Made by a program: the position numbers and the translations under genes
Assembly: GCA_947304475.1 (NCBI GenBank)
Contig: CAMZBE010000001.1
Span: 1 to 30,413, forward strand
Length of the DNA stretch: 30,413 nt
Source of the DNA: an uncultured Clostridia bacterium
GTDB taxonomy: Bacteria; Bacillota; Clostridia; Oscillospirales; CAG-272
Direction of reading: 5' to 3'
Notes under the pieces: generated by a model
Told to the model about the DNA's origin: nothing
Databases searched by the model: none
What the model saw: the letters and a program-made list of their open reading frames with translations, nothing else
Part shown: in pieces, positions 7,395 through 17,957 of the stretch
How positions within the stretch are numbered: position 1 is the first letter of the stretch
Layout: the number at the start of each line of letters is the position of its first letter

Positions 7395-8807
7395 ATGGAT
7401 ACGTTGAAAGATATTGGTTCGGCGGTGCTCGAACAACTGAAACAGAAGTTCACGCCCACCATCTACGAACTGTGGTTTAAGAGTTTACAGTTGGTCTCGC
7501 TTGACGGTGACGTCGCGGTCTTTTCGACCGACAGCAACTTTAAGCAGGATCTGATCAGCAAGCGCCACGTCGGCTCGATCCGGGACGCGCTCCGCGAGGT
7601 GGTCGGCTTCGACGTGAAGGTTATCATCGAGTCGCGGGAAGGGAGCGAAGGGTTCCACATTCCGGAAATTGAAGACAAGCCCGAAGAAAAGAAGACCGTG
7701 CCGCTTCTGCCCGACGATCCCGAACCCAAAACCATTGATCCCGAGTCCGCGATCGAGAGCAGTTCGATCGTCGACGAATACACCTTCGAGAACTTTATCG
7801 AAGGGGAGTCCAACCGCTTCGCGCTTGCCGCCTGCCGCGCGGTCGCGCTCTATTCGAGTTCTCCCGACAAGAACGACGAGATGGACGTTTCGACCTACAA
7901 TCCCCTGTTCATCTACGGTCCGAGCGGCGTCGGCAAAACGCACCTGCTTTTCGCGGTGACAAACGAGATCAAGCGTAAGAACCCGAAGTGCAAAATCGTC
8001 TATAAAAAGAGTGAAGAGTTTACAAACGAACTGATCGCCAGTCTGCAGAACGGTACGCAGGACCGGTTTCGTCAGCATTACCGCAACGCCGACGTGCTGC
8101 TGATCGACGACGTGCAGTTCATCGCCGGCAAAGAATCGACGCAAGAAGAGTTCTTCCACACTTTCTCCGCTCTCTACGAGAACGGCAAACAGATTATTCT
8201 GACCTCCGACCGTCCGCCGAAGGACATCAAGACGCTGGAGGACCGTCTGCTCACCCGGTTCATCTGGGGACTGCTCGCCGACATTCAGCCGCCGAGTTTT
8301 GAACTTCGCACCGCCATCATCAATAAAAAAGCGGAAAACCTGAAAATCTCGATCCCGAGCGAGGTAGTCGAATATCTGGCGACCAAACTCCAGAACAATA
8401 TCCGCCAAATTGAAGGATCCATCAAGCGGATCGCCGCCATCAGTCTTCTGACCGGATCCCCCATCACAACCGATCTTTGTCGCCGCGCGATCTCGGACAT
8501 TCTTTCGGGCAACGAGCCGGTGGACGTCACGGTCGACCGGATCATCACGCTGGTTTCCAAGCGGCTGAATATCCCGGTCGAGGACATCCGGGCAAAACGC
8601 AGAACGGCAAACGTCGTCAACGCCCGTCATATCTGTATTTACATGATCCGTCAACTCTCCGACGTCTCGTTCAATACTCTGGGCGAGATTTTCGAGCGAG
8701 ATCACGCGACCATCATGGCGGCTTTCCGGAAGGTGGAAGCGGCGATTGCCGCAGATCCCGAATTTGCCGCGCTCGTCAACGGCATGATGGACGAGATACG
8801 GAACTGA
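7395..8807 (+). CDS. dnaA: Chromosomal replication initiator DnaA (470 aa)
   Basis: YTFENFIEGESNRFA, Walker A GPSGVGKT, LLIDDVQF, TQEEFFHTF, IRQIEG, and domain IV RDH. GAAAGGA RBS precedes ATG 7395. Confidence 0.98.
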   Translation: MDTLKDIGSAVLEQLKQKFTPTIYELWFKSLQLVSLDGDVAVFSTDSNFKQDLISKRHVGSIRDALREVVGFDVKVIIESREGSEGFHIPEIEDKPEEKKTVPLLPDDPEPKTIDPESAIESSSIVDEYTFENFIEGESNRFALAACRAVALYSSSPDKNDEMDVSTYNPLFIYGPSGVGKTHLLFAVTNEIKRKNPKCKIVYKKSEEFTNELIASLQNGTQDRFRQHYRNADVLLIDDVQFIAGKESTQEEFFHTFSALYENGKQIILTSDRPPKDIKTLEDRLLTRFIWGLLADIQPPSFELRTAIINKKAENLKISIPSEVVEYLATKLQNNIRQIEGSIKRIAAISLLTGSPITTDLCRRAISDILSGNEPVDVTVDRIITLVSKRLNIPVEDIRAKRRTANVVNARHICIYMIRQLSDVSFNTLGEIFERDHATIMAAFRKVEAAIAADPEFAALVNGMMDEIRN

Positions 8808-8809
8808 TC

Positions 8810-9060
8810 TTATCAACTTCAATCAGTGGATAACCCCGGTTTTTCCACGTTGGTTTCCTGTGGAAAAGAAGGTGGATATTTCCCGGTTTTCTCTTTGCTT
8901 TTTCCCTTCCCTTTTTGTCCACTTTTCTCCCGCCCGTATCCACCGCAATCCACAGGGACGAAGTGGAGAAAAAAGAGACGGTAAACTCTTTTCACACCTT
9001 GCGTTTTTCTCTTCTCCACCGTTTCCACCCTCCCTACTACTACTCCTACTGAATTCCTTA
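8810..9060. promoter_or_regulatory. Replication origin oriC (dnaA-dnaN intergenic) with ~10 mostly degenerate DnaA boxes
   Basis: Box-like 9-mers at 8825, 8841, 8859 (TGTGGAAAA), 8871, 8915, 8936, 8946, 8962, 8988, 9012 and 9021, followed by a DnaA-trio tract. Confidence 0.85.
9034..9051 (-). promoter_or_regulatory. DnaA-trio unwinding element
   Basis: CTA CTA CTA CTC CTA CTG on the + strand, after tandem boxes (9012-9029) and a C-rich spacer. Matches the B. subtilis basal unwinding system layout. Confidence 0.75.
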
Positions 9061-9143
9061 CTTCTTTCTTTTTCCCGCGTTTGCAAAACCATTCAGATAA
9101 ATAAATGCCAAAGACCGGAACCGTCCGGCGGAAAGGAACGACC

Positions 9144-10325
9144 ATGAAGGTTATTTTTTCAAAACCCGCGCTGCTTGAAGGACTTGTCCCCACGATGAGC
9201 ACAGTCTCCAGTAAAAACACCATCACTCCGATCGAAGGTATTCTGATTGAAACCATCGGAGAGACCTCCGTTCGCCTTTCCTCGTACGATATGAACAAAG
9301 GTATGCGGACGACGGTCGAGGCAATCTCTATTATTGAGGAAGGAACCTGCATCATCAACGCACAGCGTCTTCTGCAGATCGTCAAACTGCTCGGCGAGGA
9401 CGAGATCACGTTGGAGATCGGCGACGATCACAAGGCGTCTATTTCCGCCGGTGCGTCGTCCTTCTCTCTGCAGTCTCTTCCCGGCTCGGACTTTCCGAAC
9501 CTTCCCGAACTGTCGGGCGACACCGGATTTGCGGTCTCCGCCGGCGTTTTGAAACGCATGATCGGGAAAGTGCTGCACTCGATTGCCGAACAGGACAGCC
9601 GTCAGATGCTCTGCGGCGCGTTCTTCACGGTTGAAGGAAAGAGAATGGATATCGTCTCCTGCGACGGCTATACGCTCTCCAAATGCCACGTAGAAAGCGA
9701 TATTCAGGATATCGGGCGTATTTCGTCCACCCATTTCTCGTTCATCATTCCGGGACACGCTCTGAACGAAATGATCAGGATTCTGCCCGACAAGGACGAA
9801 GAGGCGAAGATCTATCTGTCGAGAAAACACGCGATCATGGAACTCAAAGACATGGTTTTCTTTACCCGTATGATCGACAGCGAGTATATGGACTATCAGC
9901 GCATTCTGCCGAAAGCGCAGGATATTTTCGTGAAGATTGATCGCGAACGGCTGATGGAAGGACTTGAAAGAGCCAATCTGGTCGCCGAAGAAAAGATTCA
10001 GGGCAACGGAAAGTCCTACGTCAAAATCGAGATCAAAGGCAACACGTTCAGTCTTTCTTCCAACTCGGTCAACGGCTACGTTTACGACGAGATGGAATGT
10101 GAACACGAGGGAGAGGACATCGCGATCGGTTTCAACTGCCGGTTCCTGATCAACAGCATCAGAGCGGCGGAAGGCAAACGGATCTATATGACCTTGAAGA
10201 GCCCTACGCAGTCCATCACGGTCGAACCGGTCGAAGAAGAATGGGACGAGAAGGACGGTTTCCGTTACTTCTACATGATCCTGCCGGTCAGAATGAACGA
10301 GCAGCCGACGGCGGAAGAAGAATAA
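9144..10325 (+). CDS. dnaN: DNA polymerase III beta sliding clamp (393 aa)
   Basis: Follows dnaA. Motifs GILIE, FPNLPE, DGYTL, YMDYQRILP, IGFNCRFLI and ILPVR. GAAAGGA RBS precedes ATG 9144. Confidence 0.96.
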   Translation: MKVIFSKPALLEGLVPTMSTVSSKNTITPIEGILIETIGETSVRLSSYDMNKGMRTTVEAISIIEEGTCIINAQRLLQIVKLLGEDEITLEIGDDHKASISAGASSFSLQSLPGSDFPNLPELSGDTGFAVSAGVLKRMIGKVLHSIAEQDSRQMLCGAFFTVEGKRMDIVSCDGYTLSKCHVESDIQDIGRISSTHFSFIIPGHALNEMIRILPDKDEEAKIYLSRKHAIMELKDMVFFTRMIDSEYMDYQRILPKAQDIFVKIDRERLMEGLERANLVAEEKIQGNGKSYVKIEIKGNTFSLSSNSVNGYVYDEMECEHEGEDIAIGFNCRFLINSIRAAEGKRIYMTLKSPTQSITVEPVEEEWDEKDGFRYFYMILPVRMNEQPTAEEE

Positions 10326-10349
10326 TCAACAACCGGTGAGGGCGGCAGT

Positions 10350-11465
10350 ATGAACCTGTTGACGCTGACGGCGGAGAACTACCGGAATATCCGATCCGCC
10401 CGCTTGCAGTTCGTTTCCGGCGTCAATCTGCTCTACGGAGAGAACGCGCAGGGAAAGACCAACGCGCTCGAATGTATCTATTTATTCGCCCGCGGCAAGA
10501 GTTACAGGGGTTCGGGTGACGAAGACCTTGTCCGGTTCGGGGAAAAAGGGTTCCGCATCGGAATCTCGTATTGCTCCGACAAAACCGAAAAAACGCTGGA
10601 ATACAGATACTACGACGGATCGCGTAAACGCTTAAAAAACGGCGCGCCGGTCAGACTTTCCGAAATGATCGGCAATTTCCGGGCGGTTTTGTTCTGCCCC
10701 GAGCATCTGTCGCTTGTCAAAGGTGCGCCGCAGGAGAGACGCGCGTTTCTCAATATCGCGATCGCTCAGTGCCGGCCGATCTATCTGAAACTCTGCGACG
10801 ATTACAACAAGATCCTCGAGAACCGCAACTGCCTTCTGAAAGAGATGCAGAAAGGGTTCCGGTACGACGCAGAGGAACTTGAGAGTTGGACCGAACGGCT
10901 CTCCGACGTGGCGGCGCAGATCGCCGCGTACAGGATAGAGTATCTGAAAAAACTCTCGCCGCACGCCGCCGATCTGCTCTCCGATCTGTCCGGCGGACGG
11001 GAGAAACTGACGCTCTCCTACGAGAGCGAGGCGGCGGGGGAATCCGAAGAAGAGATCCGCGCGTCCTACCGCAAACTGTTTTCGGAAAACCGGAACCGCG
11101 AGATTGCGGCGGGCTGTTCTCTTTTCGGGGCGCATCGGGACGACGCCGGGATCACGGTCAACGGAATATCCGCCCGCTCCTACGCGTCGCAGGGGCAGCA
11201 GCGATCGGTGGTGCTTTCCTTAAAACTGGCGGAAGGTGAAGTCTGCCGCGACGAAACCGGCGAATATCCCGTTTTTCTCTTCGATGACGTGATGAGCGAA
11301 CTTGACGAGAACCGGCGGGGATACGTCCTGCGCGAGACGGGAGACCGACAGGTAATCCTGACGGCTTGCGAATCCGGGGGATTTGATCCCCGGGCGGTCA
11401 ATATGATCGGCGTAGAGGACGGCGTCTTCACCGGACAAACGCCGAACGGGGGAAAAAACGCGTGA
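10350..11465 (+). CDS. recF: DNA replication and repair protein RecF (371 aa)
   Basis: NYRN, Walker A GENAQGKT, GAHRDD, SQGQQRS, LKLAE and LFDDVMSELD. Confidence 0.96.
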   Translation: MNLLTLTAENYRNIRSARLQFVSGVNLLYGENAQGKTNALECIYLFARGKSYRGSGDEDLVRFGEKGFRIGISYCSDKTEKTLEYRYYDGSRKRLKNGAPVRLSEMIGNFRAVLFCPEHLSLVKGAPQERRAFLNIAIAQCRPIYLKLCDDYNKILENRNCLLKEMQKGFRYDAEELESWTERLSDVAAQIAAYRIEYLKKLSPHAADLLSDLSGGREKLTLSYESEAAGESEEEIRASYRKLFSENRNREIAAGCSLFGAHRDDAGITVNGISARSYASQGQQRSVVLSLKLAEGEVCRDETGEYPVFLFDDVMSELDENRRGYVLRETGDRQVILTACESGGFDPRAVNMIGVEDGVFTGQTPNGGKNA

Positions 11466-11734
11466 TGTACCTGCATATCGGCAACGGAGAAACGGTTCGC
11501 GTCCGCGATCTCGTCGCATTCTTCGACTTCGACGCTATGACGGTCGCGTCGATCTCGCGACGGTTTTTATCCGACGCCGAAAAGAAGAAAATTATCTCCG
11601 ACTGCGCCGGGGGCGAACTTCCGCGCAGCGTCCTGCTGGTCTCCGACGAGAAAAAAGAAGGCTGCCGGATCCTGTTTTCCCTGCTGTCGACCGCGGCGCT
11701 CCGTGCGCGGCTCGAGAGCGGATCAAACGATTGA
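11465..11734 (+). CDS. remB: RemB/DUF370 (YaaB)-family protein (89 aa)
   Basis: MYLHIG N-terminus and conserved recF-yaaB-gyrB position. TGATG overlap with the recF stop. Confidence 0.8.
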   Translation: MYLHIGNGETVRVRDLVAFFDFDAMTVASISRRFLSDAEKKKIISDCAGGELPRSVLLVSDEKKEGCRILFSLLSTAALRARLESGSND

Positions 11735-13726
<1,992 letters not shown>

Positions 13727-13746
13727 CGGGAAAGGAAGAATAAATC

Positions 13747-16353
13747 ATGGAAAGAAAACCGAATAATATCGAAGATATTTCCTTCCCGGAGCAGAAGATC
13801 CTCGGGCGCAATATGGAGAAGGAACTCAAGACGGCGTTCATCGAGTATTCGATGAGCGTCATCACGAGCCGTGCCCTGCCCGACGTCCGCGACGGAATGA
13901 AACCCGGTCAGCGCCGCATCCTTTACGCGATGTACGAGGATCACCTGACCTACGACAAACCCTTCCGGAAATCCGCGACCACGGTCGGTAACGTGCTGGG
14001 GCGCTATCATCCCCACGGGGACGCCGCGGTCTATCAGACCATGGTCAGAATGGCGCAGTCCTTCTCGCTCCGCTATCCCCTGATCGAGGGGCACGGCAAC
14101 TTCGGCAACGTCGACGGCGACGGCGCAGCCGCCTACCGGTATACCGAGGCGAGAATGAGCAAACTCGCCGACCAGATGATGTCGGATATCGAGAAGAACG
14201 TCGTCAACTTCCTCCCGAACTTCGACAACTCGCGCAAGGAGCCCGAAGTGCTTCCCTCGCGCTTCCCCAACCTGCTGGTCAACGGTTCGGTCGGTATCGC
14301 CGTCGGTATGGCGACCAACATCCCCCCGCACAACCTGCGCGAGGTGGTGGACGGGATCGTGTTCCGTATGGACAATCCCGAATGCACCGTTCCCGAACTG
14401 ATGGAGTATATCAAGGGGCCGGACTTCCCGACCGCCGGGATCGTGTACGGCTCGCGCGGGATGCTCGACGCGTATTCGACCGGGCGCGGAAAGGTCATCG
14501 TCCGGGCGCGCGCGCGCATCGAGGACGAGCAGCACCGGATCATCGTGACCGAGATCCCCTACGCCGTCAACAAGAGCCAACTCGTCGAGGCGATCGCCAA
14601 CCTCGTCAAGGACAAGAAGATCGAGGGGATCACCGATCTGCGCGACGAGTCGGGCAGAGACGGTATGCGCATCGTCATCGAGTATCGCCGCGACGCGAAC
14701 GGCGAGGTCATTCTGAACCAACTCTATAAGTACAGTCAGTTGCAGGACACCTTCGCCGTCAATATGCTGATGCTGGTCAACGGCGAACCGAAGATCCTGT
14801 CGCTTCCCGAGATCCTCGACCAGTATATCCTGTTCCAGGAAGGCATCATCGTCCGCCGGACGCAGTTCGACCTCGACCGCGCGCTGAAGGAGATGCACAT
14901 TTACGAGGGATATAAGATCGCGATCGACCACATCGACGAGATCATCAAGATCATCAAGGCGAGTTCCTCGATCCCCGACGCGAAGACCAACCTGATGGAA
15001 CGCTATGGTCTCTCCGATCCGCAGGCGCAGGCGATCGTCGAAATGACGCTCGGCAAACTGTCCGGACTGGAACGCCAGAAGGTGGAAGACCGGCTTCTCA
15101 AACTCGAAGAGACGGTCGCCGATCTGCAGGCGATCCTCGCCGACGACGGCAGAGTGCGCGAGATCGTCAAGGGCGAGTTGATCTCGATGAAAGAGAAGTT
15201 CGGCGACGACAGACGCACCGAACTGGTCGAGGCGACCGACGATATCGACATCGAAGACCTGATTCCGCGTCACACCTGCGTTCTCACCGTCACGACCGGC
15301 GGCTACATCAAGCGGCAGCCCGCCGATACCTACTCTTCGCAGCATCGCGGCGGCAAGGGCATTATCGGAATGGGACACAAGGAAGAGGACGACGTGGTCG
15401 ACGTGATCGTCGCGAACAGCCATGCGCTCCTGATGTTCTTCACCAACAAGGGACGCGTTTATACCAAGAAGACCTACCGGATCCCCGAGGCGGGACGTAC
15501 CGCGAAGGGGACGAACATGGTCAACATCCTCGACCTGACCGAAGGCGAGAGCGTTACCGCCATCATCTCGATCGACGCCTTCACTGAGGGCGAGTACCTG
15601 ACGATGGTGACCAAGAAGGGCGTCATCAAGAAGACGCCGACCAAGGACTTCGAGTACCAGAGACGCTCGGGCAAGATCGCGATCACCCTCGACGAGGGCG
15701 ACGACCTGCTCTTCGTCCGCAAGACCAAGGGCAACGACGACCTGATCCTCGCGACGCGCGGAGGCAGCGCGACCAGGTTCAGCGAAACCACCGTCCGTCC
15801 GATGGGACGCGGGGCGCGCGGCGTGCGCGGCATCCGGCTGACCGGCGACGACTACGTGATCGGTGTGGCGCTGGTCGAGGAAGGCAAGCAACTGCTTACC
15901 ATTACCGACCGCGGATTTGGGAAACGCACCGAATTCGACGACTTCCGCGTGCTGAAGAACCGCGGCGGACAGGGCGTCACGGCGCACAACCTGAACGACA
16001 AGACCGGCAACCTCGCCGCGATCGCTGCGGTGTCGGAAACCGACGATATCATGATGATTACCAACGACGGGACCATCATCCGGATCCCGGTCGCGGGCAT
16101 CCCCGTCTACTCGCGTTCGGCGGGCGGCGTGATCGTGATGCGGCTCTCCGAAGGAGCGGCGATCGTCAACCTGTCGCGTATCGAGCCGCAGGAAGAACTT
16201 GATCAGGAGATCACCGCCGACGAAACGGCGGAGCACCCCGAACTCTCTGAGGACGGCGAGCCGGACGAAGCGGCAGAGGAGGAAAAACCTGCGTCCGATG
16301 CCGACGAAGGGGACGAAACCGACGGCGAAGCCGAAGAAAATGAAGAGATCTGA
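13747..16353 (+). CDS. gyrA: DNA gyrase subunit A (868 aa)
   Basis: [18 protein letters not shown], catalytic AAAYRYTE, GyrA-box QHRGGKG, beta-pinwheel repeats and an acidic tail. Confidence 0.97.
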   Translation: MERKPNNIEDISFPEQKILGRNMEKELKTAFIEYSMSVITSRALPDVRDGMKPGQRRILYAMYEDHLTYDKPFRKSATTVGNVLGRYHPHGDAAVYQTMVRMAQSFSLRYPLIEGHGNFGNVDGDGAAAYRYTEARMSKLADQMMSDIEKNVVNFLPNFDNSRKEPEVLPSRFPNLLVNGSVGIAVGMATNIPPHNLREVVDGIVFRMDNPECTVPELMEYIKGPDFPTAGIVYGSRGMLDAYSTGRGKVIVRARARIEDEQHRIIVTEIPYAVNKSQLVEAIANLVKDKKIEGITDLRDESGRDGMRIVIEYRRDANGEVILNQLYKYSQLQDTFAVNMLMLVNGEPKILSLPEILDQYILFQEGIIVRRTQFDLDRALKEMHIYEGYKIAIDHIDEIIKIIKASSSIPDAKTNLMERYGLSDPQAQAIVEMTLGKLSGLERQKVEDRLLKLEETVADLQAILADDGRVREIVKGELISMKEKFGDDRRTELVEATDDIDIEDLIPRHTCVLTVTTGGYIKRQPADTYSSQHRGGKGIIGMGHKEEDDVVDVIVANSHALLMFFTNKGRVYTKKTYRIPEAGRTAKGTNMVNILDLTEGESVTAIISIDAFTEGEYLTMVTKKGVIKKTPTKDFEYQRRSGKIAITLDEGDDLLFVRKTKGNDDLILATRGGSATRFSETTVRPMGRGARGVRGIRLTGDDYVIGVALVEEGKQLLTITDRGFGKRTEFDDFRVLKNRGGQGVTAHNLNDKTGNLAAIAAVSETDDIMMITNDGTIIRIPVAGIPVYSRSAGGVIVMRLSEGAAIVNLSRIEPQEELDQEITADETAEHPELSEDGEPDEAAEEEKPASDADEGDETDGEAEENEEI

Positions 16354-17041
16354 TTCCGTTTCGCGCGGGCAGTTCGGGAAAACGGTCCGCACGATCTTCC
16401 TCGTTTTACTCCTGCTTTCCATGCCGGTCGCGACGCTTTCTTCCTGCGGAGAAGCGGAGAAAACCGAACCCGCCGACGAAGGCGAGGTGATTGCGGCGGC
16501 AGAGCGATTGATCGACGAGGCAGAACCCTGGATCCGCCTGTTCTTTACCGAGGGCGGTATGCCGCTGCTCGACGGCGGGCGTCAGATCGGCGTCTACCGT
16601 GAGGTGGACGGCGAAGAGATGGCGAAACTCGGCTTTTCCCGTCTTTCGGATCTCAAGGCGTTTGAGCGCCGCGTTTTCAGTCCTTCGACCTGCGACGTGA
16701 TGGACGCGGCTCTGTTTTCGGGCGGCGGAAACTGGAAAGCCGCGCTGATCGAGTACACGACGCTCGAGTTCGCGGACGGCGACGCCGGAACCGTCTTTCT
16801 CTGCCTGCTCGCCGATCCCGACGAGTTGCCGATGCTCCCGGGAAAGGGCGGAACCTACGATTTTTCCAAGGCAAGTGTGACCGACAACCGCGGCGACTTC
16901 GTCAAGATCTCGGTGCCCGTGTACGGGACAGGGAAAAACGAGGGGAAAACGGTAACGAAGATCCTCAACCTGCGTCTGATCGATGGCGCGTGGTATCTGG
17001 ACAACTACCCGAACGTTGTCTTCCCTGACGGGAAGAAATGA
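16340..17041 (+). CDS. Hypothetical lipoprotein (233 aa)
   Basis: ATG 16340 overlaps the gyrA end. Basic N-region, hydrophobic h-region and lipobox LSSC. No recognised catalytic motif. Confidence 0.65.
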   Translation: MKRSDSVSRGQFGKTVRTIFLVLLLLSMPVATLSSCGEAEKTEPADEGEVIAAAERLIDEAEPWIRLFFTEGGMPLLDGGRQIGVYREVDGEEMAKLGFSRLSDLKAFERRVFSPSTCDVMDAALFSGGGNWKAALIEYTTLEFADGDAGTVFLCLLADPDELPMLPGKGGTYDFSKASVTDNRGDFVKISVPVYGTGKNEGKTVTKILNLRLIDGAWYLDNYPNVVFPDGKK

Positions 17042-17068
17042 TCGGCGAGACAGGGAAAGGAGTGCGCG

Positions 17069-17578
17069 ATGACCTTCCGTGAGAAACTGCTCGCGCTGCG
17101 TCGGCGCGACAAACTGACGCAGACCGCTCTGGCGAACGCCGTCGGCGTCACCCGGCAGGCGGTGTATCTGTGGGAAAAGGGGTTGTCGTACCCCGACGCT
17201 TCGGCGCTGCTCTCGCTCCGTCGTCTGTTCGGGGTGTCGATCGACGCCCTGCTCGACGACGCGCTCCCGCTCCCCGAAGGGGAATACGCGGTTCCCGTCG
17301 CCCCCTCGAAAGCGGCAGCGCCGGCATACAAGCCCGTCCCGAGGAAGCAGGAAGAGCCGACACCGGAAGAACATCCGGAGCCGGAATTGGCAAAAACCCC
17401 TGCGGACGGCGACGAAAAAACGGCACCCCCGGCAAAAACCGCCGTGGAAGCAGCCCCCGCGGGTAAGCCGGCGACCGACGCCAAGAGCGCGCCGCTCAAG
17501 GCGAAGATCGAGCCCGCCCGAACCAAGAGCGGAAACATCCTCGATTTGTTCGGGGCATTTTTGAAAAAGAGAAAATAA
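17069..17578 (+). CDS. XRE-family HTH protein with a long Pro/Ala/Lys/Glu-rich tail (169 aa)
   Basis: LRRRDKLTQTALANAVGVTRQAVYLWEKG is a Cro/C1 HTH. AAGGAG RBS present. Confidence 0.85.
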   Translation: MTFREKLLALRRRDKLTQTALANAVGVTRQAVYLWEKGLSYPDASALLSLRRLFGVSIDALLDDALPLPEGEYAVPVAPSKAAAPAYKPVPRKQEEPTPEEHPEPELAKTPADGDEKTAPPAKTAVEAAPAGKPATDAKSAPLKAKIEPARTKSGNILDLFGAFLKKRK

Positions 17579-17680
17579 AGCGTTCCGCTCCGTCCGGCGA
17601 ATAGAACCGGGCGGGGCGGGAAAAACTGGATCGGCAAGGTCTTTTCGGCGCTTCCCTTACATATTCTTTCGGGGGTGCGT

Positions 17681-17944
17681 ATGGTAAAAGGGTGTCAGAG
17701 ACGGGTACTTCATCTGAAAAATCCCGAGGGCGGGCTGTTTGAGGAGGCGTTCTTCTTTCTGAAGGCGCCGGAACCGCCGAAGGGAGACGGCGCGAAGGAG
17801 ATGGTCGCGGAGGCGAACCGGATCCTGACCGGTTGCCGCACGGATGACAGGCGGCGCTTCCCCTTCGGCGCGTTTCTTCTGGGGACGCTTGCGGGGATGC
17901 TTTTGTCCGCGTCTGCGCTCGCTCTGCTTTGGCTGATCGTTTGA
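17681..17944 (+). CDS. Small hypothetical protein with C-terminal TM helix (87 aa)
   Basis: GGGGGTG RBS precedes ATG 17681. Hydrophobic C-terminus FLLGTLAGMLLSASALALLWLIV. Lies directly upstream of rnj. Confidence 0.65.
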   Translation: MVKGCQRRVLHLKNPEGGLFEEAFFFLKAPEPPKGDGAKEMVAEANRILTGCRTDDRRRFPFGAFLLGTLAGMLLSASALALLWLIV

Positions 17945-17957
17945 AGGAAAGGACACT

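Noticed and set aside
17069-17270. Prophage or ICE remnant suggested by the XRE repressor-like gene
   Set aside because: No integrase, att sites, phage genes or compositional shift nearby.
17585-17619. 13-bp stem-loop after the XRE gene as an intrinsic terminator
   Set aside because: The stem is real (two G-U pairs), but no U-tract follows on either strand, so function cannot be assigned.
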